A stretch of DNA of 63,853 nt, counting the filler. It is 4 parts of 4 records of this genome, joined end to end, with 100 filler letters (N's around TTAATTAATTAA, not from the genome) between each part and the next. Parts side by side here need not be neighbours in the genome. Positions count along the whole stretch, not along the records: positions 1 to 25,144 come from DRR723986_6991; 3 more parts are not named here. The stretch is one strand, 5' to 3'. This document shows positions 1 through 9,272 of the stretch, in pieces; position 1 is the first letter of the stretch; each line of letters starts with the position of its first letter. The notes under the pieces are model-generated. The model did not search any database, was not told where the DNA came from, and saw only the letters and a program-made list of their open reading frames with translations. The position numbers were made by a program, and so were the translations under genes.

Positions 1-1410
1 GGTCGGCGTCGCCAGACCCATGGCGCAGGGACAGGCAATGATCAGAACCGACACGCCCGCCACAAGCGCATGGGACAGCGCCGGCGAGGGCCCCAGCAAG
101 AGCCAGGTCAGCACCGTCACCAGGGCCAACGCCATGACCGCCGGAACGAACCAGAGCGTGATGCGATCCACAATTCCCTGGATCGGCAGCTTGGCACCTT
201 GTGCCTCTTCCACCATCCGGATGATCTGGGCGAGCGTTGTATCCGTCCCGACGCGAAGGGCACGAAACTGAAAGCTGCTGGCTCCGTTGACGGTGCCTCC
301 GGTCACCGGGTCGCCCTCTGCTTTCTCGACCGGAACAGGTTCACCGGTGATCATGCTTTCATCGACACGGGCGCTGCCTTGGGTCACTTCCCCATCCACC
401 GCGACGCGTTCTCCGGGGCGGACGACCAGAATATCGCCGACGCCGATCCGGTCGATGGCGACGTCCATCGGCTCTCCGTCCACCAGGATCCGCGCGCTGC
501 TTGGCTGGAGACCCAGCAGATTCTGGATTGCGGCACCGGTACGGCCCTTGGCGCGCGCCTCCATCCATCGCCCCAAAAGGATCAGTACGACGATGACGGC
601 CGCCGCCTCGAAGTAGACCGCGCGGGACGCTTCGGGCAGAAGCGACGGCGCGAACAATGCGGTGAGTGAATAGAGATAGGCCGCGCCAGTGCCGACAGCC
701 ACGAGGCTGTTCATGTCAGGCGCGCCTTTCAGCAACGCGGAAAAGCCCTTGGTGTAGAAATGCCGACCGGGCCAGACCAGAACGACGGTCGTCAGGACGA
801 ACTGGATCATCCAGCTGGTCTGGTGGCCGATCGTGCGACCGATCAGGTCATGCATGCCCGGCACCAGATGTGCGCCCATTTCCAGCAGGAAAACCGGCAG
901 CGCAAGGGCTGCCGCAAAGGCCGTCTTGCGGGCGAATGCTCGGGCTTCGTCCTGCTTGCGGGTGCCGCGATCCTCGGAAGACGTGTCGCCAGTTGCCTCC
1001 GCCGGGTAGCCGGCCTCTTCGGCCGCCTTCAGCAGATCGGCCATATCAAGCGATCCATCGGCAAAATCGACGGTTGCCGTTTCTGACGCGAGATTGACAT
1101 TGACGTCCAGGACTCCGGGCACCGATGAAAGGGCTTTCTGCACACGACCCACGCAGGAGGCACAGGACATGGAGGAAATGTTCAGCCGCACCGATTGGGT
1201 TCTGGCGGGATAGCTCGCCTGGCTCAACGCCTCGACCACTTCGCCGATCCGGGATCTGGAATCGACCTGCGCCTGCGCCGTTTCGGTCGCGAGGTTCACA
1301 TTCACCTCGGTAACGCCGGGCAGGGCTGAGAGCGCTCGTTGGACCCTGCCAACGCAAGACGCGCACGACATATTCTGGACCGAGATTCGCAGGCTTTGAG
1401 AGCTTTGCAT
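1..1410 (-). CDS. copA: Cu(I)-translocating P1B-type ATPase, N-terminal part (runs off window start)
   Basis: Not in the ORF track; hand-translated from ATG at 1410: [23 protein letters not shown], a second MSCASC HMA domain, [17 protein letters not shown], and [14 protein letters not shown] at the window edge. Confidence 0.95.
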   Translation of the reverse strand, partial: MQSSQSLRISVQNMSCASCVGRVQRALSALPGVTEVNVNLATETAQAQVDSRSRIGEVVEALSQASYPARTQSVRLNISSMSCASCVGRVQKALSSVPGVLDVNVNLASETATVDFADGSLDMADLLKAAEEAGYPAEATGDTSSEDRGTRKQDEARAFARKTAFAAALALPVFLLEMGAHLVPGMHDLIGRTIGHQTSWMIQFVLTTVVLVWPGRHFYTKGFSALLKGAPDMNSLVAVGTGAAYLYSLTALFAPSLLPEASRAVYFEAAAVIVVLILLGRWMEARAKGRTGAAIQNLLGLQPSSARILVDGEPMDVAIDRIGVGDILVVRPGERVAVDGEVTQGSARVDESMITGEPVPVEKAEGDPVTGGTVNGASSFQFRALRVGTDTTLAQIIRMVEEAQGAKLPIQGIVDRITLWFVPAVMALALVTVLTWLLLGPSPALSHALVAGVSVLIIACPCAMGLATPT

Positions 1411-1437
1411 CGCTTATTCCTTATTCATCCCGGATGA

Positions 1438-1468
1438 CACCTAGGGCCTCCCCTTACTGGAAGGTCAA
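1438..1468 (-). promoter_or_regulatory. CueR/MerR-type promoter-operator for copA
   Basis: Minus strand TTGACC-19 nt-TAGGTG with dyad ACCTTCC-N7-GGAGG. Confidence 0.75.
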
Positions 1469-1486
1469 CAGCTTCAGAAATTTTTC

Positions 1487-1517
1487 TTGACCTTCCTTCG
1501 CGGGAAGCACCCATCCT
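1487..1517 (+). promoter_or_regulatory. CueR/MerR-type promoter-operator for copZ
   Basis: TTGACC-19 nt-CATCCT with CTTCC...GGAAG dyad in the spacer. Confidence 0.75.
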
Positions 1518-1542
1518 GAGCGTCACAATCAAGGAGAGACCA

Positions 1543-1749
1543 ATGAGCAATTTCACTGTCCCAGACATGAGCTGCGGGCATTGCACCGCTGCCATCGAAA
1601 AGGCCATCAAAGCGATAGACCCGTCTGCAACTGTTGTGTGCGTGCTTGCAACAAAATCCGTGTCTGTGGAGAGCAATCTGAGCGAACCGGCTGTGTCCGA
1701 AGCAATCCGCAGCGCGGGGTTTAATGTGTCCTCTCTTTCAGAAACCTGA
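1543..1749 (+). CDS. copZ: CopZ-like copper chaperone (HMA domain)
   Basis: MSCGHC motif, 68 aa, AGGAG RBS, divergent from copA. Confidence 0.9.
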   Translation: MSNFTVPDMSCGHCTAAIEKAIKAIDPSATVVCVLATKSVSVESNLSEPAVSEAIRSAGFNVSSLSET

Positions 1750-2249
1750 ATCTTTCCGGGGCTGAAGTATCCTGTGTCAGCTGTTCGGAGGAACAGGTCT
1801 GCATGGTCCATGACCCTAGACCTGACGGGCACATTGTGGTGCGGGAAGACTGGGTGTAGTCCTGAACTCCTCCTGCCCCACTTGGAGCTTCACCGGTTTG
1901 CGTAGGAAACGCAACGTCGACAAGATGACGGTGTCGCCGCATCGCGATTTTCCTTTGCCGAGCGCATCGCATCAGCGCCGGATCAAGACTTGCAGTTGAT
2001 GTCCGCCCTGCCCCCTCGCAATTCCTTCCGTGGGCACGTGTGCTCGCCGAGGATGACAGGCGACGGACGGATCGCGCGCAACCATGGAAGTGACGATCGC
2101 GCGGGCATCCTCATCAGAGTTTTGTCTCGTTATGTAACGGTCTCTCCATTTGCGACCTGCTGATACAAGGCGCCGAGTGCTTGGCATTCCATCAATAAAA
2201 TCACGTGCCATATAGGTCTTATCGCAACAGCGGATATGAGGTTTTCCAA

Positions 2250-2840
2250 ATGAAACGCACTACTCTCCTTGCAGCAATCGCGGTGACAACAGCCGCCGTT
2301 GGTGGAGCAGCCCTCGCGGATGCCAATCATGGTCACGGCGGCCAGGCAGATGTCACGCAGGTGTCGGGCCCGATGCAGAACAGTGGTCCCGGCATGATGG
2401 GGATGATGGGTGGCATGGACGGCATGACGGACATGATGCGGCAAATGCATGGCGGCATGATGGGCGGCGGCATGATGGGCGGAATGGGCCCGATGGGTGG
2501 CTCCATGATGCAGACGTTCGACTCAGATGGCGACGGCACTGTGACGGCCGAGGAAATGCACGCCCGGTTGCAGGCGCAACTGGCCGAATACGACAGCGAC
2601 GGCGACGGCGCGCTCTCGATCGCGGAGTTCGAAACCCTTCACAGCGCCATGATCCGCGAGATGATGGTGGACCGGTTCCAACATCTGGACGCCGATGGTG
2701 ATGGATCGGTCACGTCGGAAGAAATGGCGGCACCGGCCGTCATGATGGAACGCGCGCAAATGATGCGCAATCGTATGATGGCCGCACAGCCCGAGATGGG
2801 CGCGGACATGAGCGACGGCAATATGATGAATGACAACTGA
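2250..2840 (+). CDS. Exported Met/Gly-rich EF-hand protein
   Basis: Signal peptide MKRTTLLAAIAV...ALA, HGHGG, Met-Gly tract, three DxDGDGxxxxxE loops. Confidence 0.85.
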   Translation: MKRTTLLAAIAVTTAAVGGAALADANHGHGGQADVTQVSGPMQNSGPGMMGMMGGMDGMTDMMRQMHGGMMGGGMMGGMGPMGGSMMQTFDSDGDGTVTAEEMHARLQAQLAEYDSDGDGALSIAEFETLHSAMIREMMVDRFQHLDADGDGSVTSEEMAAPAVMMERAQMMRNRMMAAQPEMGADMSDGNMMNDN

Positions 2841-2897
2841 GCGATCGGTGCCGGCGCAGCGTCGGCACCGCATCCTTTCGGTTTTATGGAGGCTTTC

Positions 2898-2993
2898 ATG
2901 ATGGGTTTCGGCATGGGCGGAATCTGGATGCTGCTCCTCATCGTCTTCCTGGTGTTGGGGATTCTCGCATTCGTCAAATATCTGTCCAAGTGA
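2898..2993 (+). CDS. 31-aa single-pass membrane microprotein
   Basis: GGAGG at 2888-2892, then MMGFGMGGIWMLLLIVFLVLGILAFVKYLSK*; below the ORF-track cutoff. Confidence 0.7.
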   Translation: MMGFGMGGIWMLLLIVFLVLGILAFVKYLSK

Positions 2994-3010
2994 ACGAAAG
3001 GAGATTGGGA

Positions 3011-3397
3011 ATGGCATATACCTATGATCGCATTCTGAATGGCACCGACATCGACGACGCGGAAATGCGCATTCGCGCGGCCCTTGCCGACATGGGCTTC
3101 GGCGTCCTGACTGAAATCGACGTCAAGGCAACGATGAAAAAGAAGATCGACGTCGAAATGGCACCCTACCGCATCCTCGGGGCCTGTAATCCTGGTATGG
3201 CAAACAAGGCCATCGGGATCGAGCCGCGCGTGGGCGCGATGCTGCCCTGCAACGTGATCCTTCGCCAGGTGGATGGCGGCACCGAGATCAGTGCCATTGA
3301 CCCAGTCGCATCAATGCTGGCCATCGACAACCAGCAGCTCCACGAGGTCGCGGGCGAGGTTCGAGACTTGCTTCGCAAAGCGGTCGATGACGCATGA
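3011..3397 (+). CDS. DUF302 domain protein
   Basis: GFGVLTEIDVKATMKKK...YRILGACNP...GAMLPCNV signature. Confidence 0.9.
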   Translation: MAYTYDRILNGTDIDDAEMRIRAALADMGFGVLTEIDVKATMKKKIDVEMAPYRILGACNPGMANKAIGIEPRVGAMLPCNVILRQVDGGTEISAIDPVASMLAIDNQQLHEVAGEVRDLLRKAVDDA

Positions 3398-4112
3398 TCG
3401 CACTGTGTCCGGCAAGAGGCCGCGATTGGCAAATTGGTCGATCTCCCGCAGGATCACCAAGGCAGCCATAGCGGCGCTTCTGGTCGTGGCTCTTGCGATC
3501 CTGTTCATCGGGCCGTTTGCGGGTGTGATCGAGCGTATCGACGGCATCCGGATATCCGGATGGGTGGAGGCCGCAGGGCTATGGGGTCCGATGCTTGTCA
3601 TCGCCCTGATGACGGTCGCGATCGTCGCCACACCAATCCCGAGCGCACCGATCGCATTGGCGGCGGGGGCGGCCTACGGACATACATTGGGAACCGTCTA
3701 CATCGCAGCCGGAGCCGAACTGGGCGCACTTGCCGCATTCGCACTGGCGCGATTTCTTGGCCGCGACGCTCTCGTTCACTGGCTCGGTGAAAAGGTAGAC
3801 GCGGGCTGGCTGGGATCGCAGAACGCCTTGACACTCACGGTCTTCGTCAGCCGGTTGCTGCCGTTCATTTCCTTCGACTTCGTCAGCTACGCGGCTGGGC
3901 TGAGCAGGCTGCACTTTTTGCGGTTTGCAGTCGCGACACTCGCCGGAATCATCCCCGCGAGCTTCGTTCTTGCCCATTTCGGCAACGAAGCGGTCAGCGG
4001 GAGTACATCCCGCGCCACCTGGGCCGCCATAGGGTTGGGGGTTCTGACGCTGACGCCCCTTGTTGTCGTGGCCGTGCGGGACTTGCGAAGACATCGGGTG
4101 CGCCATGACTGA
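3387..4112 (+). CDS. TVP38/TMEM64 (DedA/VTT) family membrane protein; start uncertain
   Basis: PIPSAPIALAAGAAYG and RLLPFISFDFVSYAAG motifs. Confidence 0.85.
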   Translation: MTHDRTVSGKRPRLANWSISRRITKAAIAALLVVALAILFIGPFAGVIERIDGIRISGWVEAAGLWGPMLVIALMTVAIVATPIPSAPIALAAGAAYGHTLGTVYIAAGAELGALAAFALARFLGRDALVHWLGEKVDAGWLGSQNALTLTVFVSRLLPFISFDFVSYAAGLSRLHFLRFAVATLAGIIPASFVLAHFGNEAVSGSTSRATWAAIGLGVLTLTPLVVVAVRDLRRHRVRHD

Positions 4113-4235
4113 TCGCCGCGCCCCGGTGCGGCCCCCGCCCGATCTTTCGAGCGCCGTCAGATCGACAAGTAGAACGCGCCATCCGGCGATCGCTGACGGC
4201 TTTCAAGCCAATCCGTTGTTTGAGGGAACCCGGCC

Positions 4236-5159
4236 ATGCTGACCGCCGCCATACCATTTCCGGACATAAGCCACGCGCTGTTCTCGATCGAGATCGGCAG
4301 CTTCACCTTTGCGCTTCGCTGGTACGCGCTTGCCTATATCGTCGGCCTGTTGATCGGTTGGCGTCTCTGCGTCATGGCGGTCAGCCGTCCGGCACTGTGG
4401 TCCGGGGCCGGTGCGCCGCTGGACCGCCGCCAGATCGAGGATCTTCTGACCTGGATCGTTCTGGGCGTCATCCTCGGGGGGCGGCTCGGGTTCGTGCTGT
4501 TCTACCAGCCGGAATACTACCTGGCCAATCCGCTGGAGATACTGAAGATCTGGCAGGGCGGCATGTCCTTCCATGGCGGTTTCCTTGGCGTTGCCACCGC
4601 GGGGCTGGTCTTCAGCCTTCGCCACAAGGCACCGATGCTCAGCGTGGCCGACCTGCTTGCGCTGGCGACCCCGCCGGGGCTGTTTCTTGGGCGGCTCGCG
4701 AACTTCATCAACAATGAGCTCTGGGGCCGGCCCACAGGCGTTCCTTGGGCCGTGATCTTTCCGGGGGACGCCGCGCAGGATTGTCTCGGCGTCGTTTCCA
4801 TTTGCGCCCGCCATCCCTCGCAGATTTACGAGGCGCTGCTTGAAGGCCTGCTTCTTGGCACCGTTCTGACCTACCTCGCTTGGCGGCGCGGTTGGTTGAG
4901 GATGCCGGGAGCGCTGACCGGGACATTCCTGGTCGGATACGGCGCTGCCAGAAGTTTCGTAGAGCTGTTCCGCCAGCCGGATGCGCAATTCGTAGTCCCC
5001 GGAAATCCGGTCGGTCACGCGATCCATTTCGGCGATTGGGGTCTGACGATGGGGCAGGTGCTGTCCGCACCCATGATCCTGATCGGGCTGGCCTTGATAC
5101 TGCACACGTTCAGACAATCACGAACTGCGATCAAGCAGGACGCCGGCTTTGTCGGCTGA
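4236..5159 (+). CDS. lgt: Prolipoprotein diacylglyceryl transferase
   Basis: [44 protein letters not shown]. Confidence 0.95.
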   Translation: MLTAAIPFPDISHALFSIEIGSFTFALRWYALAYIVGLLIGWRLCVMAVSRPALWSGAGAPLDRRQIEDLLTWIVLGVILGGRLGFVLFYQPEYYLANPLEILKIWQGGMSFHGGFLGVATAGLVFSLRHKAPMLSVADLLALATPPGLFLGRLANFINNELWGRPTGVPWAVIFPGDAAQDCLGVVSICARHPSQIYEALLEGLLLGTVLTYLAWRRGWLRMPGALTGTFLVGYGAARSFVELFRQPDAQFVVPGNPVGHAIHFGDWGLTMGQVLSAPMILIGLALILHTFRQSRTAIKQDAGFVG

Positions 5160-5191
5160 CTGAATTTGGTCACGGAAGGGAGGAAACAGGA

Positions 5192-5812
5192 ATGTGCAAC
5201 GATATGAAAGGGAGTGATTGCGGACCATCGACCGAGACCGCGTTGATTGAGGGGCGTGATGCGTTCCTTGGCTTTCTTGTCAAACGCCTCGGCAACAGGG
5301 TTGAGGCCGAAGATGTGTTTCAGGACTTCTGCATTCGGGTTCTGGCCCACAAGGATCAGCTGCGTAATGTCGAACGGATGGACGCCTGGCTCTATGCCAT
5401 TTTACGTTCGGCACTGAACGATCACTATCGCAAGGCCGCGCGGCGACGGCATGTTGTGGAGGCAATGGCGGCCGAGCCTGCGGACTGGGCTGAGGATGCA
5501 GCCGGTCTGCTATCGCAACCATGCCGCTGTTCCGAGGGCCTGCTCTCCGAATTGCGGCCGGCCGACGCCGATCTGATCCAGCGGATCGACCTGCAAGAGG
5601 ACGACCGTGCCTCTGTCGCTGCTGACATGGGGCTGAGGCGCGGCACCTTGGCTGTGCGGCTGCATCGCGCACGCTCCGCCCTGAAGGACAGTTTGCTAAG
5701 CCATTGCGGGACCTGTTGCGAGACGGATCGTGATGACTGCTACTGCCCGCCTGCCCGATGCGAGACTCCCGGGCAGCATTCGAATTGCAGGGAGGACGCC
5801 GCCGTGATGTGA
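5192..5812 (+). CDS. ECF sigma factor with CxC linker and C-terminal Cys-rich domain (CorE-like)
   Basis: Sigma2 AEDVFQD...AWLYAILR, PCRC linker, sigma4 AVRLHRARSALK, tail HCGTCCETDRDDCYCPPARC. Confidence 0.85.
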   Translation: MCNDMKGSDCGPSTETALIEGRDAFLGFLVKRLGNRVEAEDVFQDFCIRVLAHKDQLRNVERMDAWLYAILRSALNDHYRKAARRRHVVEAMAAEPADWAEDAAGLLSQPCRCSEGLLSELRPADADLIQRIDLQEDDRASVAADMGLRRGTLAVRLHRARSALKDSLLSHCGTCCETDRDDCYCPPARCETPGQHSNCREDAAVM

Positions 5813-5829
5813 GCCGGGAGGCCTTTTCT

Positions 5830-5857
5830 TGTAATGATCCCGAGAGCTCGGCGTCTA
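5830..5857 (+). promoter_or_regulatory. Putative ECF-type promoter
   Basis: TGTAAT-N16-CGTCTA, 18 nt after the sigma gene stop and upstream of the DUF5676 operon. Confidence 0.55.
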
Positions 5858-6022
5858 CAGTTTGGAATCTGAAGCATTGGGGGCGGCCACGACGCATGAG
5901 AAACACAGACAGGCCGAGCTTAAGGTCCAGTCAGGGCGTTCCGACCGCGACCAATGACCGAGCTTCGGGGCACAAGATCAGGAGGCTTCACAACGCCACC
6001 GCGCACAACAAGGAGAATTGAC

Positions 6023-6388
6023 ATGATCGCAATCATCTATTTTGCCGTCCTCGCGGCGATCCTGTTTGTGGCCCTTCGCTTCATCTGTGGTGACTGCGTG
6101 ATGGGAAAGTCCGGACCCGAAGGGGCGGTGCGCATTCCGCTGGTGGCCCTTGGTTGGGCGCTAAGCCTCTTTCTGGCCCTGACATTCCTGATCTGCGTGG
6201 CGTTCGACCTGATGTTTCCCGGCTATGCAATGAATGAGATCTGGGCAGGGTTGCTGCCAGGCTTTGTCTGGCTGACGCCCGCAGGGTTCGTGATCGGCCT
6301 TGTCGAGACCTTCCTCTACGGCTGGTATGTTGCCCTGATCTTCGGAGGCCTGTTCAACACCATTGCAAATCGCGGGAGGGTGGCATGA
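6023..6388 (+). CDS. DUF5676-like membrane protein
   Basis: AGGAG RBS; GWALSLF...LLPGFVWLT...GLVETFLYGWY pattern. Confidence 0.75.
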   Translation: MIAIIYFAVLAAILFVALRFICGDCVMGKSGPEGAVRIPLVALGWALSLFLALTFLICVAFDLMFPGYAMNEIWAGLLPGFVWLTPAGFVIGLVETFLYGWYVALIFGGLFNTIANRGRVA

Positions 6389-7767
6389 CACGCTTCAACC
6401 GTCCCTCGCTGCGGTTTCTCGGTGCCGCCGGAACTGTCACCGGATCGCGCTACCTTCTGGAGATCGGCCGGCGGCGCATTCTGGTCGATTGCGGCCTGTT
6501 CCAGGGCTTCAAGCAGCTGCGCGCGCGAAACCGGAAACCCTTCCCGGCGCGGCCCTCCACCATCGACACGGTTTTGCTGACGCATGCGCATCTGGACCAT
6601 TCCGGCTACCTTCCCGCATTGATCCGGGCCAGTTATGGTGGTCGCGTCATCTGCACCCGTGCCACGGCCGAGCTGTGCGGTCTGATCCTGCCGGACAGCG
6701 GCCACATACAGGAAGAGGAGGCACGCTTTGCCGCGCGCCGGGGGTTCTCCAAGCACAAGAACCCGAAACCGCTTTACACGCTGAAGGACGCCGAGGCGGC
6801 GCTTGATCGGTTCGATACCGTGGACTTCGGGCAAAGGGTCGATCTGGGCGACGGTATCACCGCGACCTTCATTCCGGCAGGGCACCTTCTGGGCGCAGCA
6901 CAAATCCGGATCGGGGTCGGCGGAAACGTCATCCATTTCAGCGGCGATCTGGGACATGATCCGGACCCGCTGATGCGTCCGCCCGAGCCCTTTGCCGGTG
7001 CCGATGTTCTTGTCTGCGAATCCACCTATGGCAACCGCGCCCATCCTGACATCGACGCAGAGGCGGAACTGACACCTATCTTGAAACGGGTCTTCGCACG
7101 GGGGGGAACGGTCTTGATCCCGTCTTTCGCTGTCGGCCGTGCCCAGGGGTTGATGTTGCACATTTCGCGGCTGATTGGACGCGGCGAGATTCCCTATGTC
7201 CCGGTCTTTCTCAACAGCCCCATGTCGGTCGACGCCACCGAGATCTACCACCGGCACCATGACGAACATCATGTCAGCTGGGAAGAGTGCTTGGCGATGT
7301 TCGAGGTGGCCAAGCGGGTGAACACCGTCGAGCAGTCCAAGAACCTGAACACCCGCCAGGGGCCGATGATCATCATCTCGGCAAGCGGCATGCTGACCGG
7401 CGGGCGCATCCTGCATCATCTGGTCAGTTTTGGAGGGGATCGCCGCAATGCGATCCTCCTGTCGGGCTTTCAGGCCGGTGGCACGCGTGGTGCCGCTTTG
7501 GCCGATGGTGCGCGTCGTCTACGGATGTTTGGCCACGAATACCCCATCGAGGCCGAGGTCGTGCAGCTTCAGTCGTTTTCTGGCCATGCCGACGCCGAAG
7601 AGATCCTGCGCTGGATGTCGGCCGGTCCGGCATCGCGCATGACTTACGTGACACATGGCGAGCCTTCGGCATCCGATGCCCTGCGCTTCCGCATCGACCA
7701 TGAACTCGGGCGACCGGCCCGCGCGCCCGAGCATCTGGAAACCGTGTATCTGGACCGTCCGCGATGA
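6385..7767 (+). CDS. MBL-fold beta-CASP ribonuclease family protein
   Basis: THAHLDHSG, AGHLLG, SGDLG, ESTYG, SGHAD, THGE motifs. Confidence 0.93.
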   Translation: MTRFNRPSLRFLGAAGTVTGSRYLLEIGRRRILVDCGLFQGFKQLRARNRKPFPARPSTIDTVLLTHAHLDHSGYLPALIRASYGGRVICTRATAELCGLILPDSGHIQEEEARFAARRGFSKHKNPKPLYTLKDAEAALDRFDTVDFGQRVDLGDGITATFIPAGHLLGAAQIRIGVGGNVIHFSGDLGHDPDPLMRPPEPFAGADVLVCESTYGNRAHPDIDAEAELTPILKRVFARGGTVLIPSFAVGRAQGLMLHISRLIGRGEIPYVPVFLNSPMSVDATEIYHRHHDEHHVSWEECLAMFEVAKRVNTVEQSKNLNTRQGPMIIISASGMLTGGRILHHLVSFGGDRRNAILLSGFQAGGTRGAALADGARRLRMFGHEYPIEAEVVQLQSFSGHADAEEILRWMSAGPASRMTYVTHGEPSASDALRFRIDHELGRPARAPEHLETVYLDRPR

Positions 7768-9272
7768 CCGATACACTCGCACTCGTCCGCTCCGGGATAG
7801 ACACCTACCGCCAACCGGTCATCTACATGCACGAAGACTGCCACATCTGCCGTTCGGAAGGGTTCGCCGCCGAGACCCGAATTCGCGTTGACCTGCGCGA
7901 CCGCTGGATCATTGCCACGCTGAACGTGGTCGCGCGCGGTGCATGGCTGGCCGCGGAGGAGGCTGCGCTGTCGGTTTCGGCATGGCAGGCGCTCAAGGCG
8001 CAAGCTGGCGACCGGGCAGGTTTTTCGCATCCCGAGCCGCCTGTTTCGTCGTCAATAATCCGGGCCAAAGTCTATGGGGAGCGTTTGCGGCGAAAAGATT
8101 TTGCCGCGATCATTCGCGATACGCTCGACAACCGTCTCTCGGATCTCGAACTCGCCGCCTTCATCACTGCCAGAGCCGGAAACCGTCTTGACGAGCGGGA
8201 GACGGTCGCCCTGACCCGCGAAATGCAGGCTGCGGGCGAAACGCTTGACTGGGGTGGCCAGACCGTCCTGGACAAGCATTGTGTCGGCGGGCTGCCGGGC
8301 AACCGGACAACCCCGATCGTCGTCGCCATCATTGCCGCAGCCGGGCATCTGATCCCCAAGACGTCGAGCCGGGCGATTACTTCCCCCGCCGGGACCGCAG
8401 ACACGATGGAGGTCATGGCACCTGTGGCGCTGGACGCTGCAGCGCTGCGCAAGGTGGTCGAAGCGGAAGGCGGTTGCGTGGTCTGGGGCGGCGGACTGAA
8501 CCTCAGCCCCGCTGACGATCACTTCATCCGCATCGAGCGGCCGTTGGATTTCGACAGCGTCGGACAATTGGTCGCCAGCGTCCTGTCAAAGAAGGCGGCT
8601 GTCGGTGCAACCGACGTGTTGATCGATGTGCCGGTCGGGCCAACGGCCAAGGTGCGCTCGGCGCAGGCCGCGGCGGCCCTGGGATCCCGCCTGAGCGCGG
8701 TCGGTCAGGCTATCGGGCTGCGCGTCGCGCTTCACGAAAGCGATGGCACGGCCCCGGTCGGGCGCGGCATTGGCCCTGCGCTTGAAGCGGCGGATGTTCT
8801 GGCGGTGCTCCGGCGTGCTCCGGCTGCGCCGACGGATTTGCACGAACGAGCCCTGGACCTTGCGGGTCGGCTGCTCGACCTAGCACCGGGTGCATCTGGC
8901 AAGACAGGCAGGGCGCGGGCAGAGAAAATGCTCGACAGTGGCGCGGCAGAAGCGAAATTCCTGGCGATCTGCGCCGCACAGGGTGGATTCCGCGAACCTG
9001 GTGAAGCGCCGCGCCGCACTGAGATGCTGGCCTCGGCGGCAGGATATATAACCGCCATCGACAACCGTTTGATTGCTCGCATCGCAAAGCTTGCCGGCGC
9101 ACCGCGCCAGCAACGGGCGGGTGTGCGTCTTCTGGTGCGGGTCGGGGAACGAGTGGAGAAAAGTCAGCCGCTTTATGAAATCCACGCCGAGACGACCGGC
9201 GAACTGGCCTATGCGCGCGCATATGCCGAAGCCCATGTCCGCGCGCTCAAACTGTCGGAGGATACGGCATGA
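7764..9272 (+). CDS. Thymidine phosphorylase family, AMP-phosphorylase-like subfamily
   Basis: DKHCVGGLPGNRTT, PKTSSRAITSPAGTAD, long N-terminal extension with CHIC. Confidence 0.9.
   Translation: MTDTLALVRSGIDTYRQPVIYMHEDCHICRSEGFAAETRIRVDLRDRWIIATLNVVARGAWLAAEEAALSVSAWQALKAQAGDRAGFSHPEPPVSSSIIRAKVYGERLRRKDFAAIIRDTLDNRLSDLELAAFITARAGNRLDERETVALTREMQAAGETLDWGGQTVLDKHCVGGLPGNRTTPIVVAIIAAAGHLIPKTSSRAITSPAGTADTMEVMAPVALDAAALRKVVEAEGGCVVWGGGLNLSPADDHFIRIERPLDFDSVGQLVASVLSKKAAVGATDVLIDVPVGPTAKVRSAQAAAALGSRLSAVGQAIGLRVALHESDGTAPVGRGIGPALEAADVLAVLRRAPAAPTDLHERALDLAGRLLDLAPGASGKTGRARAEKMLDSGAAEAKFLAICAAQGGFREPGEAPRRTEMLASAAGYITAIDNRLIARIAKLAGAPRQQRAGVRLLVRVGERVEKSQPLYEIHAETTGELAYARAYAEAHVRALKLSEDTA

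Noticed and set aside
20-1366. Short ORFs listed over the first 1.4 kb
   Set aside because: They overlap the true copA frame (minus, 1410 to 1), which the track omits because it has no stop in the window
2133-2160. TGTAAC upstream of the EF-hand gene as a second ECF promoter
   Set aside because: The only -10-like CGAC is at 14-nt spacing, inconsistent with the 5830 site
1750-2249. Possible small ORFs or RNA between copZ and the EF-hand gene
   Set aside because: No convincing RBS spacing, motif or stable structure
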